Positions 9,454-20,129 of a stretch of DNA of 64,000 nt are shown one piece after another. The notes beneath the pieces were generated by a model. That model ran no database searches, was not told the DNA's origin, and was given only the letters and a program-made list of their open reading frames with translations. This DNA comes from a virus. The stretch's first letter is position 1, and each line of letters begins with the position of its first letter. The stretch lies in IMG/VR virus record IMGVR_UViG_3300028588_000020, positions 6,035 through 70,034 of that record. The stretch is one strand, 5' to 3'. Made by a program: the position numbers and the translations under genes.

Positions 9454-10921
9454 GCGCCTGCTGTCATCGATCTATAGCGCCTTCGACAAGGATCCGCACG
9501 GCCAGACGGCATTCCGCCTGCGCCACCCCGATGGCGTGGCCTGGAAGGTGCGTGATCGCGTCCTGACGGCATCGACCGAGGCCGGGGCGCCGTTGGCCGT
9601 GGTCGGCCTGCGCGATCGCACCATGGGCCAGGTGATGGCCGAGCTGCAGGCGGCCGGCTGCACGATCGCCTACAGCAATCCGGATCTGGTCGACCGCGCC
9701 GCCGATATGCTGCTGACCGGCGCCGGGCGCCAGTCGCAATCGAACGGCGATGCCTTGCAGGCCTACGATTCCCTGCTGTGGTCCATGCTCGATGCCTATG
9801 CCGTCGCCCTGGAAGACGCCGACGCCGATATCGTCGCGGCGATCCGCCAGCTCTACCTCGGGGAAGCCGGTGGCGAATGGCTGGAAGTGTGGGGCGAGTA
9901 CTTCGGCCTGCCGCGCAACGATGACGAGCTGGACGAAGCCTACCGCGTCCGGATCGTCGTGGAAACGCTGCGCCCGCGCGTGAACCGCCTGGCGATCGAG
10001 GATGCGATCAAGAGCACCACCGGCAACAGCGTGGCCCTGTACGAGCCCTGGCGCGACCTGTTCATCCTGGGCGGCTCCGCGCTCGATGGCGCGCACCACA
10101 TGCCCGATGGCCAGTTCTGGACCCACAACGTGGCGCAGCCTACCTCGGAAAAGCCGATCGACTGGACGCCGGTGCTGGCGCTGATCAACCGCAGCCGCCC
10201 GGTGGGCACCATCATCGCGCCGCCGCGGTTCAATGCGCATCTGTCGGCCGAGCTCGAACTGGATCCGCTGCAGGCGGTCAAGGTCGGCGTCGAGCACGTG
10301 CACGGCGGTACCGCCGTGGCCAAGCGCGGCAACCGGCTCGATGCCTTCGCCCTGGGCGACGCAGAGCCCGATATCGTCAACTACAAGGCCGCGATCTCGC
10401 AGCTCATCACCGGCAGCAACAGCGAACCGCTGGCCAACTCGGCGCCGATCGACGCCGGCCGCCGCAATATCCGCCGCGCCAACATTGTGCTGTCTGACAG
10501 CGATCCGGTCGGCGCCATCAACGCGGTGCTGCCGCGCTCCTACTGGATCCAGCCCGAGGACGATATGCGCCTGTCGGGCACCTCGGCGCTGTCGCACTAC
10601 GACGGCCGGATCCGCCTGGGCATGGTCAACGAGATCCGCACCCTGTTCGCCCTGTCGCTGGCCTTCTCGGACTTCGGCGGCGCCGTGGTGACGATGGGCA
10701 TCACCGAGACGCGCGTCATCGGCCCGGTCGAATGCCCGCTGCCGGTCGAGCAGCTCGAAGTGGGTATCGAATTCGTCAACGCCGAGATCTGGCCGGTGTC
10801 GGAATACCTCAATCCAACGGCCGCCATGTGGGGATTCAGCGGCGCCGGCGCATGGGCGCAAGACAGCGAAACGGGCTGGGAAGAAAACGTTATTTGGGGC
10901 AATGGTTTGCCGCAGTCGTGA
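9443..10921 (+). CDS. Baseplate/tail protein (gpI/gp7-like)
   Basis: Follows J; GEWLEVWGEYFGLPRNDDELDEAYRVRI motif. Confidence 0.55.
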   Translation: MMRERLLSSIYSAFDKDPHGQTAFRLRHPDGVAWKVRDRVLTASTEAGAPLAVVGLRDRTMGQVMAELQAAGCTIAYSNPDLVDRAADMLLTGAGRQSQSNGDALQAYDSLLWSMLDAYAVALEDADADIVAAIRQLYLGEAGGEWLEVWGEYFGLPRNDDELDEAYRVRIVVETLRPRVNRLAIEDAIKSTTGNSVALYEPWRDLFILGGSALDGAHHMPDGQFWTHNVAQPTSEKPIDWTPVLALINRSRPVGTIIAPPRFNAHLSAELELDPLQAVKVGVEHVHGGTAVAKRGNRLDAFALGDAEPDIVNYKAAISQLITGSNSEPLANSAPIDAGRRNIRRANIVLSDSDPVGAINAVLPRSYWIQPEDDMRLSGTSALSHYDGRIRLGMVNEIRTLFALSLAFSDFGGAVVTMGITETRVIGPVECPLPVEQLEVGIEFVNAEIWPVSEYLNPTAAMWGFSGAGAWAQDSETGWEENVIWGNGLPQS

Positions 10922-10954
10922 CGACATACTCAACAATAAAGGAGCTTTTCAACA

Positions 10955-11437
10955 ATGGCGATTCTCGTAAATGTGGGCCGTGCTGCGGTAGCAGCGGCCA
11001 TCAAGGCAATGCCTCTGCACCTCGGCTGGGGAACCGGCCGGGCTGCATGGGACAACACCCCCGAACCCGAACCTGTGCTGGCCACCGAGCTGGTCAGCGA
11101 GATCGGCCGGCGTGAACTCACGCAATCGCTGTACGTGGTCCCGGATCCGAACGGCGAGATCATCGTGCCGAACGGCCGTTTCTCGGTCAGCGAGAAGCCC
11201 ACGAACAACCTGTACGTGCGCTTCAACTTCGACTTCAACGACGCGGCCGCATCCGATATCCGCGAAGTGGGCGTGTTTGTCGGCACCAAGGTCGAGGCAG
11301 GCCTGCCGGCCGGCCAAAAGTATTTCACGCTGGCGCAACTGCAATCGCCTGGCCAACTGCTGGCCCTGGAGCGCCTTCCAAAATTCACCCGTAACGCGGC
11401 CGTGCGCCAGACGTTCGAGTTCGTCATCATTTTCTAA
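10955..11437 (+). CDS. Tail collar / fiber attachment protein
   Basis: LGWGTG...LVSEIGRR...IREVGVF motifs typical of fiber N-terminal/collar domains. Confidence 0.6.
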   Translation: MAILVNVGRAAVAAAIKAMPLHLGWGTGRAAWDNTPEPEPVLATELVSEIGRRELTQSLYVVPDPNGEIIVPNGRFSVSEKPTNNLYVRFNFDFNDAAASDIREVGVFVGTKVEAGLPAGQKYFTLAQLQSPGQLLALERLPKFTRNAAVRQTFEFVIIF

Positions 11438-11445
11438 GGGTCGCC

Positions 11446-13410
11446 ATGGCTGATCAGCTCTTGCACTACAACAACCGCTTCGATCCGTCGAAGGACTACG
11501 ACCAGCATATGTTCCGCTCGGGCTACGTCCTGCAGGCGGCCGAGCTTAACGAGATCCAGTCGAATGTCGCCAACCGCGTCAAGGGCATCGCCGATGCGCT
11601 GTTCAAGGATGGCGATCTGATCCGCGACGCGGGCATCAACATCAATGCCAACACCGGCCTGGCCAAGTGCGCCGCCGGCGCGCTGTACCTGCGCGGCGCC
11701 GTGCGCGGGGTCAATGCCCGCGATATCACCATCCCGCTGACGGCCGTCGTGTCGATCGGCGTGTACCTTGTCGAAAAAGTCATCACCGAAGTGGACGATC
11801 CCGCGCTGCGCGACCCCGCCTCGGAAGTGCGCAACTACCAGGAACCGGGCGCCGGCCGCATGCAAGTCAGCGCCGTGTGGGGCTGGCAGGCGCCGGGCAA
11901 CTCGGACGGCCAGGCCGGCGAGTTCTACCCGGTCTACACCGCCGATTTCGGCGTGCTGCGCGTGAAAGCCGTGCCGCCGCAGCTCGACTCGGTGTCGCAG
12001 GCGGTTGCCCGCTATGACCGCGATTCCACCGGCGGCAGCTACGTGGTGTCCGGCCTGAAAGTCACCAAGCTGCCCGACGTCGCTGGCCAGCAGCAGTACA
12101 GCGTGGCCGCCGGCGGCGCGCGCGTGAACGGCTACGCCGTCGACCTGCCGGCATCGCGCCGCATCGGCTACCCGGCCGCCGCCGAGATCAAGCTGATCGA
12201 CGCCGAGCCGTTCCTGTCGGCCACCAATGGCGCGCAGCGCGTCACGTTCGATCGCACGCCGGTGCAGAACATCACGCAGGTGCGCATCACCAAGCAAACG
12301 ACGTCCGAGATCGTGCACGGCGCATTCAACGGCGCGCAGGATCCGCTGCCCGAGTCCTCGATTGTCGAGATCGTGTCGATCACCCAAGGCGGCACCGTGT
12401 TCGTGCAGGGCACCGACTTCAAGCTCACCGGCCAGCGCGTGGACTGGTCGCTGCCGGGCGTCGAGCCAGGCATCGGCACCACGTATTCGGTCGTGTACCG
12501 CCACATCGCCACCGTGCAGCCTACTGCCGTCGACGCCACCGGCTTCACCGTCACCGGCGCCGTGGTGGGCACCCTGATCCTGACCTCGTACAACGTCAAG
12601 CTGCCGCGCTTCGATCGCCTGTGCCTCACGCAAGACGGCACCTTCCAGTGGATTCAGGGCACCTCGACGGACTTCAACCCGGTCCCGCCGCAAGTGCCGC
12701 CGCTGCTGCTGCCGCTGGCGCAGGTGCGCCAGTCCTGGGATGGCGCCGAATCGCTGGTCAATGATGGCCTGCGCGTGATCCCGATGAAGGATCTGGAGCA
12801 GCTCAACACGAACATGCAAACGCTGTTCGATCTGGTGGCGCAGCAAAACCTCAAGTCGGATCTGAACGCACGCAGCTCGGCCGCCAAGAAGGGCGTGTTT
12901 GTCGACCCGTTCCTGAACGATGGCCAGCGCGATGCCGGCATTGCGCAGACCGCTGCGATCGTCAACGGCGAGCTGATGCTGCCGATCTCCTGCGAGTACA
13001 TGCAGCCAAACGCCGACGTGAAAGTGCCAGTGTCGCTGGCGGCAACGTTGTCTGTCGTGTTCGAGCAGCGCGCCATCACCGGCTCGATGAAGATCAACCC
13101 GTACATGGGCTTCGCGCCGATCCCGGCGTCGCTGCAGCTCGATCCGCCGGTCGACCGCTTCACTGTCACGAATAACGTGTACACGAGCGATGAAACCAGC
13201 GTCATGGTCGACACGCACTGGAGCTACCACGAAAACGGCATCGTCGAGGTAACGGTCACCACCCAAAACCAAACCCGCCTCGCATCGACCACTACGCTGC
13301 CATTCCTGCGCGAGATCGATATCGAGTTCCAGATCGACGGCTTCTCGCCGAACGAGGCGCTTTCCGCAATCACTTTCGACGGCATCGGCGTTATCCCGAG
13401 CGCTGTCTAA
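11446..13410 (+). CDS. Baseplate-associated structural protein, DUF4815-like (N-terminal part)
   Basis: FRSGYVLQAAELNEIQ, NYQEPGAGR and KGVFVDPF motifs. Confidence 0.7.
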   Translation: MADQLLHYNNRFDPSKDYDQHMFRSGYVLQAAELNEIQSNVANRVKGIADALFKDGDLIRDAGININANTGLAKCAAGALYLRGAVRGVNARDITIPLTAVVSIGVYLVEKVITEVDDPALRDPASEVRNYQEPGAGRMQVSAVWGWQAPGNSDGQAGEFYPVYTADFGVLRVKAVPPQLDSVSQAVARYDRDSTGGSYVVSGLKVTKLPDVAGQQQYSVAAGGARVNGYAVDLPASRRIGYPAAAEIKLIDAEPFLSATNGAQRVTFDRTPVQNITQVRITKQTTSEIVHGAFNGAQDPLPESSIVEIVSITQGGTVFVQGTDFKLTGQRVDWSLPGVEPGIGTTYSVVYRHIATVQPTAVDATGFTVTGAVVGTLILTSYNVKLPRFDRLCLTQDGTFQWIQGTSTDFNPVPPQVPPLLLPLAQVRQSWDGAESLVNDGLRVIPMKDLEQLNTNMQTLFDLVAQQNLKSDLNARSSAAKKGVFVDPFLNDGQRDAGIAQTAAIVNGELMLPISCEYMQPNADVKVPVSLAATLSVVFEQRAITGSMKINPYMGFAPIPASLQLDPPVDRFTVTNNVYTSDETSVMVDTHWSYHENGIVEVTVTTQNQTRLASTTTLPFLREIDIEFQIDGFSPNEALSAITFDGIGVIPSAV

Positions 13411-13425
13411 CAGGAGTAACAACAC

Positions 13426-14637
13426 ATGGTAGCTCTCGCAGCAAACAACCTGGGCCAGCTCAGGGGCAAATTCCGCGTGCCGGCCAACGTGCCGGCCGGG
13501 CGCAAGGAAGTCATCGTGTCGGGCTCGCAGGGTAGCCGTGGCGGCGCACTGTTCATCGGCGAGGGCACGATGGAAACCTACGCCCTGAACCGCCTGATCA
13601 GCACCCTGATCTACCGCTACGATCCGCTGGCGCAGACGTTCACAATGAGCGCGGCCGAGCAGGTCAAGGCCATCGACCTGTACGTGCTCACCAAGGGCGC
13701 CAAGCCGATCCGCGTGCAGATCCGTGAAACCGGCTTCGGCGTGCCGTCGCAGGTCGTGCTGTGCGAATGCGTGCTGCCGGCGGCGCAGATCACCGCCGGC
13801 ACGTGGAACCGCTTCGCGTTTCCGGCGCCTGTCAGCCTGTCGCCGAACGTCGAATATGCGATCGTCATCCTGTCGGACGAAGCCGAGCCGGCTGTCGGCA
13901 TCGCCGAGCTGGGCAAGTACGATTCCGCCTCGGCCTCGTGGGTCACGAGCCAACCCTACCAGGTGGGCGTGCTGCTGTCGTCGTCCAACGCCTCGACTTG
14001 GACGCCAAAGCAGGATGGCGACCTGGCGTTCCGCATCATCGGCAACAACTACACCGAGGCCAGCAAGTCGGTGGCCCTGGGCACCATCCCTGTCACCAAC
14101 GCCACCGATATTCGCCTGCAGGGCCTGATCGAGTCGCCTGCCGTGGGCGCCTCGGGCCGCTACGAGCTCACGCTGCCGGATGGCCGCGTGTTCCAAGTGG
14201 CCAATGGCCAGGTGCTCAAGCTGTCGGCGCCGATCAGCGGCAACATCAACGTGCGCGCGATCCTCACCGGCACGGCCAAGCAGTCGGCCATCCTGCACCC
14301 GGGCACCTTCATCGCTGCCGGCAAGATCGCCAGCACGGCCGACTACATCACGGCCGCGATCGAAGCCGATGCCCTGGGCGCCAATATCCGCGTGGTCTAC
14401 GACGCCATCGTGCCATCGGGCGCCACCATCCGCGCCTACTACAAGGGCCTCGATGACGGCGACCAGTGGATCGAGCTGGGCAGCGATAAGGCCCCGATCC
14501 CGCTGGGCGACGAGCTGTACGAATTCAGCTTCAAGGCCGATGCCGTCAAGGAAGCGCGCGTGCGCATCAAGCTGGTCCTGACCGGCACCGCTGCAGCACG
14601 CCCACGCGCCCGCAACCTGCGCGTCACCGTCCTGTAA
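13426..14637 (+). CDS. DUF4815-like structural protein (C-terminal part)
   Basis: AGGAG RBS; YDPLAQTF, LLSSSNASTWTP and DLAFRI motifs; same frame as the upstream gene. Confidence 0.65.
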   Translation: MVALAANNLGQLRGKFRVPANVPAGRKEVIVSGSQGSRGGALFIGEGTMETYALNRLISTLIYRYDPLAQTFTMSAAEQVKAIDLYVLTKGAKPIRVQIRETGFGVPSQVVLCECVLPAAQITAGTWNRFAFPAPVSLSPNVEYAIVILSDEAEPAVGIAELGKYDSASASWVTSQPYQVGVLLSSSNASTWTPKQDGDLAFRIIGNNYTEASKSVALGTIPVTNATDIRLQGLIESPAVGASGRYELTLPDGRVFQVANGQVLKLSAPISGNINVRAILTGTAKQSAILHPGTFIAAGKIASTADYITAAIEADALGANIRVVYDAIVPSGATIRAYYKGLDDGDQWIELGSDKAPIPLGDELYEFSFKADAVKEARVRIKLVLTGTAAARPRARNLRVTVL

Positions 14638-14659
14638 TTTTTTCACCTGACCGCCGCCA

Positions 14660-17600
14660 ATGATCGATCAAAAAAGCCCCAACCAACAATACCCGCTGCC
14701 GCACGCGGATAACGCGCTTGCCTTCGATAACCCACGGCTGCGCGCGACGATCATCCAGATCGACGGCGAGATCTTCAACCTCACCAGCATCGCCACGGCC
14801 GCCAAGGCCGTGACCGATACGGTGGCGGCGGTCGCCGGCGCCAACAAGCTGCTGCGCCTCGATGGCGATGGCCTGCTGCCGACTGGCGTCACCGGCAACG
14901 CGGCCACGGCCACTAAGCTGGCCACCGCACGCACCATTTCCCTGACCGGCGGCGCCACCGGCTCGGTATCGTTCGATGGCTCGGCAAACGCCGCCATCGC
15001 CGTCACCGTGCCGTTCGCCAACCTGTCGAACAAGCCGACCACCCTGGCCGGCTACGGCATCACCGACGCCGCCACGGCTGCGCACTCGCACACCCTCAAA
15101 GTGGGCGATGGCACCGTGCAGAAGGTCGACTACACCATCGCCGAAACGTTCCACATCGTCGCCGGCGCGAACGTGTCCCTGGCCTGGGACAACACCAACA
15201 ACAAGGTGACGATCTCCACCAGTGGCCAGCTCTCGGGTAACGTCGACACGGCCTCGAAGCTGCAAAACTCGCGCACGATCTCGGTGTCGGGCGACGCCAC
15301 CGGGCAGGGCGATTTCGATGGCTCGGCCAATGTCGATATCGCCATCACGGTGCTCGATGACAGCCATGCGCACACCTTCGCCAACCTGTTGGCCAGGCCC
15401 ACCACGCTGGCCGGCTACGGCATCACCGACGCGCAGGCGGCCATCGCCGGCGCTGCCAGCACCATCACCGCCAGCAACCTCACGGCCAGCATGGCGCTGA
15501 TCTCTACGGCCTCGGGTAAAGTCGGGGCCAGCGTCACCAGCGCCGCAGAGCTGGGCTACGTCAAGGGCGTCACCTCGGCCATTCAGACCCAACTGAACGC
15601 CAAGCAGGCCTCGCTCGGCTTCACGGCCGTGCAGCAGGGTACCGGCACCGGCCAAAGCGGCAACGCGGTCAAGATCGGCTGGACACCAGACGCCACCGGC
15701 CTCAAGGCCACGGTCGATTCCACCGATCTCGGTTACATCTACACCTCGGCCTCGGGCAAGCGCGTGCCGTTCGCCGATCTCACCGGCAAGCCCACCACGA
15801 TCGCCGGCTACGGCATCACCGACGCGCCCCTGAAAAATGGCACCGGCGCCACCGGCACCTGGCCGATCGCCATCACCGGCAAGGCCGCCACGTCCGACGA
15901 CGCGGCCGCCCTGGGCGGCTACAACTCGGCCTATGCCATGCTGCAGCGTCGCACGCGGATCCACGCCACGGACGGCACCTCGCTCGATGACAGCGTGCTG
16001 GGCCCCGACATGGGCTTCTCGTTCGGCGGATCCGGCGAGCCGATCGGCCCGTTCCTGTCCTTCGGCGGCCAGGGCAGCAATTTCGCCTATACGGCGCAGC
16101 TCGGCACTGACTACCTGAACGGCAAGGTGTTCAAGCTGCGCACCAAGAACGGCGATTCGGGCGCCTGGAACCCATGGCGCACGCTCATCACGGACGAGAA
16201 CATCGCCGGCTTCGCCACGGCCCGGGATGGCTCGAATGCCACCGGCACCTGGCCGATTGCCATCACCGGCGCGGCGCCATGGGCGCAGGTCAGCGGCAAG
16301 CCATCGACCCTGGCCGGCTACGGCATCACCGACGCGCAGCCGGTCGACGCGGAGCTCTCGGCGATCGCCGAGATCGCCGCTACTGGCTTCATCGCGCGCA
16401 CCGCCGCCGGCGCCGCCGCTGCCCGCACCATCATCAATGGCACCGGCATTGCTGTCGCCAACGGCAACGGCATTTCCGGCAACCCCACGATCGGGCTGGC
16501 CAACACCGCCGTGGTCGCCGATTCGTATGGCTCGGCTACCGCTGTCGCCGCCTTCACGGTCGACGCGCAAGGTCGCATCACGGCCGCCACCTCGATCAAC
16601 GTCACGCCGCCATGGTCGGCCATCACCGGCAAGCCCATCACGATCGCCGGCTACGGCATTACGGATGCCTACACCAAGTCGCAGGTCGACGCGGCGATCG
16701 TCGCGGCCACGCCAGCATGGTCGAGCCTGGGCGGCAAGCCCACCACCGTGGCTGGTTTCGGCATCACCGATGCCTACACCAAGGGCGAGATCGACAACAT
16801 CATCGCCGGCCTGGACGTCAAGCCATCCGTGCGCGTGGCCACGACCACCAACATCACCCTCTCTGGCACGCAAACGATCGACGGCGTGGCGCTGGCTGCG
16901 GGCAACCGCGTGCTGGTCAAGGATCAGGCCACCGCTTCGCAGAACGGCATCTATGTCGTGGCCGCTGGCGCCTGGGCGCGATCGCTCGATGCCGATTCCA
17001 GCACGGAAGTGACCCCGGGCTGCTATATGTGGGTCGAGCAGGGCGCTACCAATGGCGATAGCGGCTGGGTTCTGACCACCGATGGCACGATCGTGTTGGG
17101 CACCACCGCGCTCTCGTTCGCGCAGTTCAACGGCCTGGGCCAAGTCACGGCCGGCACCGGCCTGGCCAAGAATGGCCAGACGATCGGCCTGACCAACACC
17201 GGCGTGGTGGCTGGCAGCTACGGCGGCACCAGCGCCATGCCCTACTTCACAGTCGACGCGCAAGGCCGCATCACGAGCGCTGGCACTACCACGATCCGTC
17301 CGCTGTGGGCCAACATCGACAACAGGCCCACCACGTTCGCCGGCTATGGCTTCACGGACTTCGCACGTCGAGACATCGCGTCCAACACGGAAGATCTGAA
17401 CTGGCTGCACACGCCGGGCATGTATCGCCTGAACGCCGGTCACGGCGGTATGCCGCCTGGCAATGGCTTCGGCCAATTGCTCGTAGTGCAGGGCGGTGGC
17501 GATACTTTCGCCCAAATGTATTTCGACTACGCAAACGGCGATATGGCGTGGCGTGCAGGCACTACCAGCCTGTCGATCCTGACCCCATGGACGCGAGCCA

Positions 17601-18325
17601 TCAACACCGGCAACGTCAATGCCTGGGTGCTGGGCGCCGGCGGCTACGCCCCGGGCATCAAGGCCGGCGACACCAACCACATTGGCGGCGCCACCTGGGC
17701 CGGCTATACGTGGACCGGCAGCCAGCAGTACGTCACCAACTATGGCGACGTCTACTCGGGCAACGTCGCTATGGACCGCCACCAGTTCCACGCCAACGAT
17801 GGCGGCCCGACTGGCTGCTCGTTCCATCGTGCGTGGAATGGCGGCGGCTATGCCGTCAACTTTGCGCTCGACAAGGACAACATCCTCAAGATCGGCGGCT
17901 GGTCGGCCGCGCCTGACCTGTTCTGGTTCGATATGTCCGGCAACTTTACCGCCAAGGGCAACGTCGCCGCCTTCTCGGACGTGCGCCTCAAGCGTGATTG
18001 GCTGAATGTCACCAGCAATTTTGTCAAGAAGTGGGCCGGCATCACGCGCGGCTCCTACACCCGTATCGACCTGGCCAAGGGCAACCGCTTCGCCGGCGTG
18101 TCGGCGCAGGACGTGCAGGAGATCCTGCCGGAAGTCATCGGCACCGGCGCCCAAGGGATGCTCACCCTGGACAACGCCGCAGCGGCGATCGTCGCCACCG
18201 CCGAGCTGGCCACGCTGGCAGTGGAGCAGGGCGAGCAGCTCGAACGGCACGAGTCGAAGTTCGAGATCTTCATGGAACAAATGGCGGCCCTGGCCAAGCG
18301 CGTAGAAGCACTGGAGAAAGCATGA
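14660..18325 (+). CDS. Tail fiber protein with C-terminal intramolecular chaperone (peptidase S74-like)
   Basis: Repeated KPTTLAGYGITDA, VRVATTTNITLSGTQTIDG, and C-terminal FSDVRLK plus coiled coil. Confidence 0.9.
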   Translation: MIDQKSPNQQYPLPHADNALAFDNPRLRATIIQIDGEIFNLTSIATAAKAVTDTVAAVAGANKLLRLDGDGLLPTGVTGNAATATKLATARTISLTGGATGSVSFDGSANAAIAVTVPFANLSNKPTTLAGYGITDAATAAHSHTLKVGDGTVQKVDYTIAETFHIVAGANVSLAWDNTNNKVTISTSGQLSGNVDTASKLQNSRTISVSGDATGQGDFDGSANVDIAITVLDDSHAHTFANLLARPTTLAGYGITDAQAAIAGAASTITASNLTASMALISTASGKVGASVTSAAELGYVKGVTSAIQTQLNAKQASLGFTAVQQGTGTGQSGNAVKIGWTPDATGLKATVDSTDLGYIYTSASGKRVPFADLTGKPTTIAGYGITDAPLKNGTGATGTWPIAITGKAATSDDAAALGGYNSAYAMLQRRTRIHATDGTSLDDSVLGPDMGFSFGGSGEPIGPFLSFGGQGSNFAYTAQLGTDYLNGKVFKLRTKNGDSGAWNPWRTLITDENIAGFATARDGSNATGTWPIAITGAAPWAQVSGKPSTLAGYGITDAQPVDAELSAIAEIAATGFIARTAAGAAAARTIINGTGIAVANGNGISGNPTIGLANTAVVADSYGSATAVAAFTVDAQGRITAATSINVTPPWSAITGKPITIAGYGITDAYTKSQVDAAIVAATPAWSSLGGKPTTVAGFGITDAYTKGEIDNIIAGLDVKPSVRVATTTNITLSGTQTIDGVALAAGNRVLVKDQATASQNGIYVVAAGAWARSLDADSSTEVTPGCYMWVEQGATNGDSGWVLTTDGTIVLGTTALSFAQFNGLGQVTAGTGLAKNGQTIGLTNTGVVAGSYGGTSAMPYFTVDAQGRITSAGTTTIRPLWANIDNRPTTFAGYGFTDFARRDIASNTEDLNWLHTPGMYRLNAGHGGMPPGNGFGQLLVVQGGGDTFAQMYFDYANGDMAWRAGTTSLSILTPWTRAINTGNVNAWVLGAGGYAPGIKAGDTNHIGGATWAGYTWTGSQQYVTNYGDVYSGNVAMDRHQFHANDGGPTGCSFHRAWNGGGYAVNFALDKDNILKIGGWSAAPDLFWFDMSGNFTAKGNVAAFSDVRLKRDWLNVTSNFVKKWAGITRGSYTRIDLAKGNRFAGVSAQDVQEILPEVIGTGAQGMLTLDNAAAAIVATAELATLAVEQGEQLERHESKFEIFMEQMAALAKRVEALEKA

Positions 18326-18993
18326 AACAGTACCAACTCACCATCCTGGGCACGGCCCTGAATACGGCCGGCGCGATCGCCTCGGCGCAGTTCTCGATCG
18401 CGCTGTCGGACAGCGCCCTGGGCTACCTGGCCAACTCGACGCCAAGCCACGCCGCGATCGCGGCGCCAGGCGACGCGGCGCCAGGCGAGATCCGCGCGCT
18501 GGTCGAGGCCTCGCGCGAATATGCGCACGCCAAAGCCATGCTCGATATTGGCTACAGCAGCGCCGCCCCGGGGCAGGGTGCGCCGCTGGCCACGGCAGTG
18601 GCGCCGGCGCCTGCGCTCACCGATGCCGAGCAGCGCAAGCTGTGGGTCAGCGCGGTGGACGACACGATCGCCGTGATGATGTTCAAGTTCACCAGGTTCC
18701 AGATGGGCTACGTGAAGCGCGAGGCGGCGGCGATCGCCTACCGCGATTCGGGCTACACGATCGACCCGACGATCTGGATCACGCGCTTCGCCGATAACAA
18801 CCGCCTGTCCTATCCGGATGCCTGCGAGCGGATCCTGACGCAGGCCGAGGCCTACCGCGTCGGCCTGGAGCAGCTCGAAGCGTTCCGCATGGACAAGTAC
18901 CAGATCGAGCGCGCGCCCACGCAAAAGGTGGCGCGCGAGGCGTACAACGCGATCATGGCCAACGCCCAAGCCGTCTACGAGGCCCTGCCATGA
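18322..18993 (+). CDS. Tail fiber assembly-type protein
   Basis: ATGA overlap with the fiber stop; MKQYQLT start lies within track ORF 17998..18993. Confidence 0.55.
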   Translation: MKQYQLTILGTALNTAGAIASAQFSIALSDSALGYLANSTPSHAAIAAPGDAAPGEIRALVEASREYAHAKAMLDIGYSSAAPGQGAPLATAVAPAPALTDAEQRKLWVSAVDDTIAVMMFKFTRFQMGYVKREAAAIAYRDSGYTIDPTIWITRFADNNRLSYPDACERILTQAEAYRVGLEQLEAFRMDKYQIERAPTQKVAREAYNAIMANAQAVYEALP

Positions 18994-19469
18994 GTCTGCC
19001 TGGAAGCGGCCGTGTTCAGGCCTCGGACGTGAACGTCGAAATTGGCCGTGCATGGAACGCAGGCTTCAACCTGGGCGATCCGGCCGTGCGCGCGCTGGCC
19101 GGGCTCACCGCGCCAAACACGTATATCAGCTTTGCCAACTTGTGGGGCAAGTCCAGCTATACACCCATGAGCGGCGGCAGCGACGGCATCCGCTATCGCA
19201 ACACGTCGACCACGCTGCAAACCCATACCGGCTACTGCTACCTCAATCTGTCCGGCGGCGTCGGCCCCTTCACCTACCTGTGGGAGTGGGAAGACAACAC
19301 CGGCCTGCTGGTGCTGTCCGATACCACGCTCAGCCGCTGCATCGTCACCTGGCGCACGCGGCAGGGGGAAATGCAGGCGTACCTGCGCTGCACGATCACC
19401 GATAGCACCGGCCGCCAGTACCAGATCCGCTGGATCGAGGTCCAGTTCGCCATTGGCCAACTGTCGTAA
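18990..19469 (+). CDS. Small tail-associated beta-sandwich protein
   Basis: N-terminal LPGSGRVQASDVNVEIG resembles fiber-associated proteins; translationally coupled to the upstream gene. Confidence 0.5.
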   Translation: MSLPGSGRVQASDVNVEIGRAWNAGFNLGDPAVRALAGLTAPNTYISFANLWGKSSYTPMSGGSDGIRYRNTSTTLQTHTGYCYLNLSGGVGPFTYLWEWEDNTGLLVLSDTTLSRCIVTWRTRQGEMQAYLRCTITDSTGRQYQIRWIEVQFAIGQLS

Positions 19470-19495
19470 CCCTTTTTTCAACCACCACGTTAATC

Positions 19496-20059
19496 ATGCC
19501 GAACAACAAAAGCATCAAGGTTATCTTCACCCGCCGGACGTTCAATCCGATGTCGCTGCTGATCCGCTGGATGGTCCCGCGCAGCCGCACCACGCTGGCC
19601 GGATCCTCGCATTCGATGGTGGTCGACGGAGACACCGGGCACGTGATCGAGGCGCACATGCTCGACGGCGTGCGCCGCGTGCCGATCGCCACCGCCATCA
19701 AGGGCGCCAAGGTGGTGCGCATCGCCGTGTACGAGGTCGCAGACGCCAAGGCGGGCCTGGACTGGTGGCGCTCGCAGATCTGCCAGTACAAGCCGAACCT
19801 GCCGCGCTGGATGCCTGCCTGGCTGCAGGCGCCGGTGGGCGTGGTGTTGCGCCTGATCCACAACAACTACGATTTCAAGGGCGCCGTAGGCATCGGCATC
19901 GCGCCCGATCGCAACTGGCAGGATCCGATCAACTGGAGCTGCTTCGAGGGAACGGCCCGCACTATCAAGGAAGCCGGCAGCGACGTGTTTGCCGAGTCCG
20001 GCTACATGACGGAAACCATCCTGCTGGCCGTCAAGCACAGCACCGTGCCCGCCCTGTAA
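19496..20059 (+). CDS. Permuted papain-like (NlpC/P60, YiiX-like) protein
   Basis: His motif SHSMVV precedes Cys motif WSCFE (circularly permuted order). Confidence 0.55.
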   Translation: MPNNKSIKVIFTRRTFNPMSLLIRWMVPRSRTTLAGSSHSMVVDGDTGHVIEAHMLDGVRRVPIATAIKGAKVVRIAVYEVADAKAGLDWWRSQICQYKPNLPRWMPAWLQAPVGVVLRLIHNNYDFKGAVGIGIAPDRNWQDPINWSCFEGTARTIKEAGSDVFAESGYMTETILLAVKHSTVPAL

Positions 20060-20129
20060 ATAGGTCTTGCGTGTAGGAAAATCGTGACGCCATAGTCGGG
20101 GCATTCTCCTACAGCAGATTGCCTCGACC

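Noticed and set aside
3763-18280. Long minus-strand ORFs (3763..5535, 9464..10936, 11434..14646, 14624..18280)
   Set aside because: These are antisense shadows of well-supported + strand structural genes in high-GC DNA, with no recognisable motifs. The same applies to 51371..53317, 53885..55972, 62750..63961 and 27351..28979 (+).
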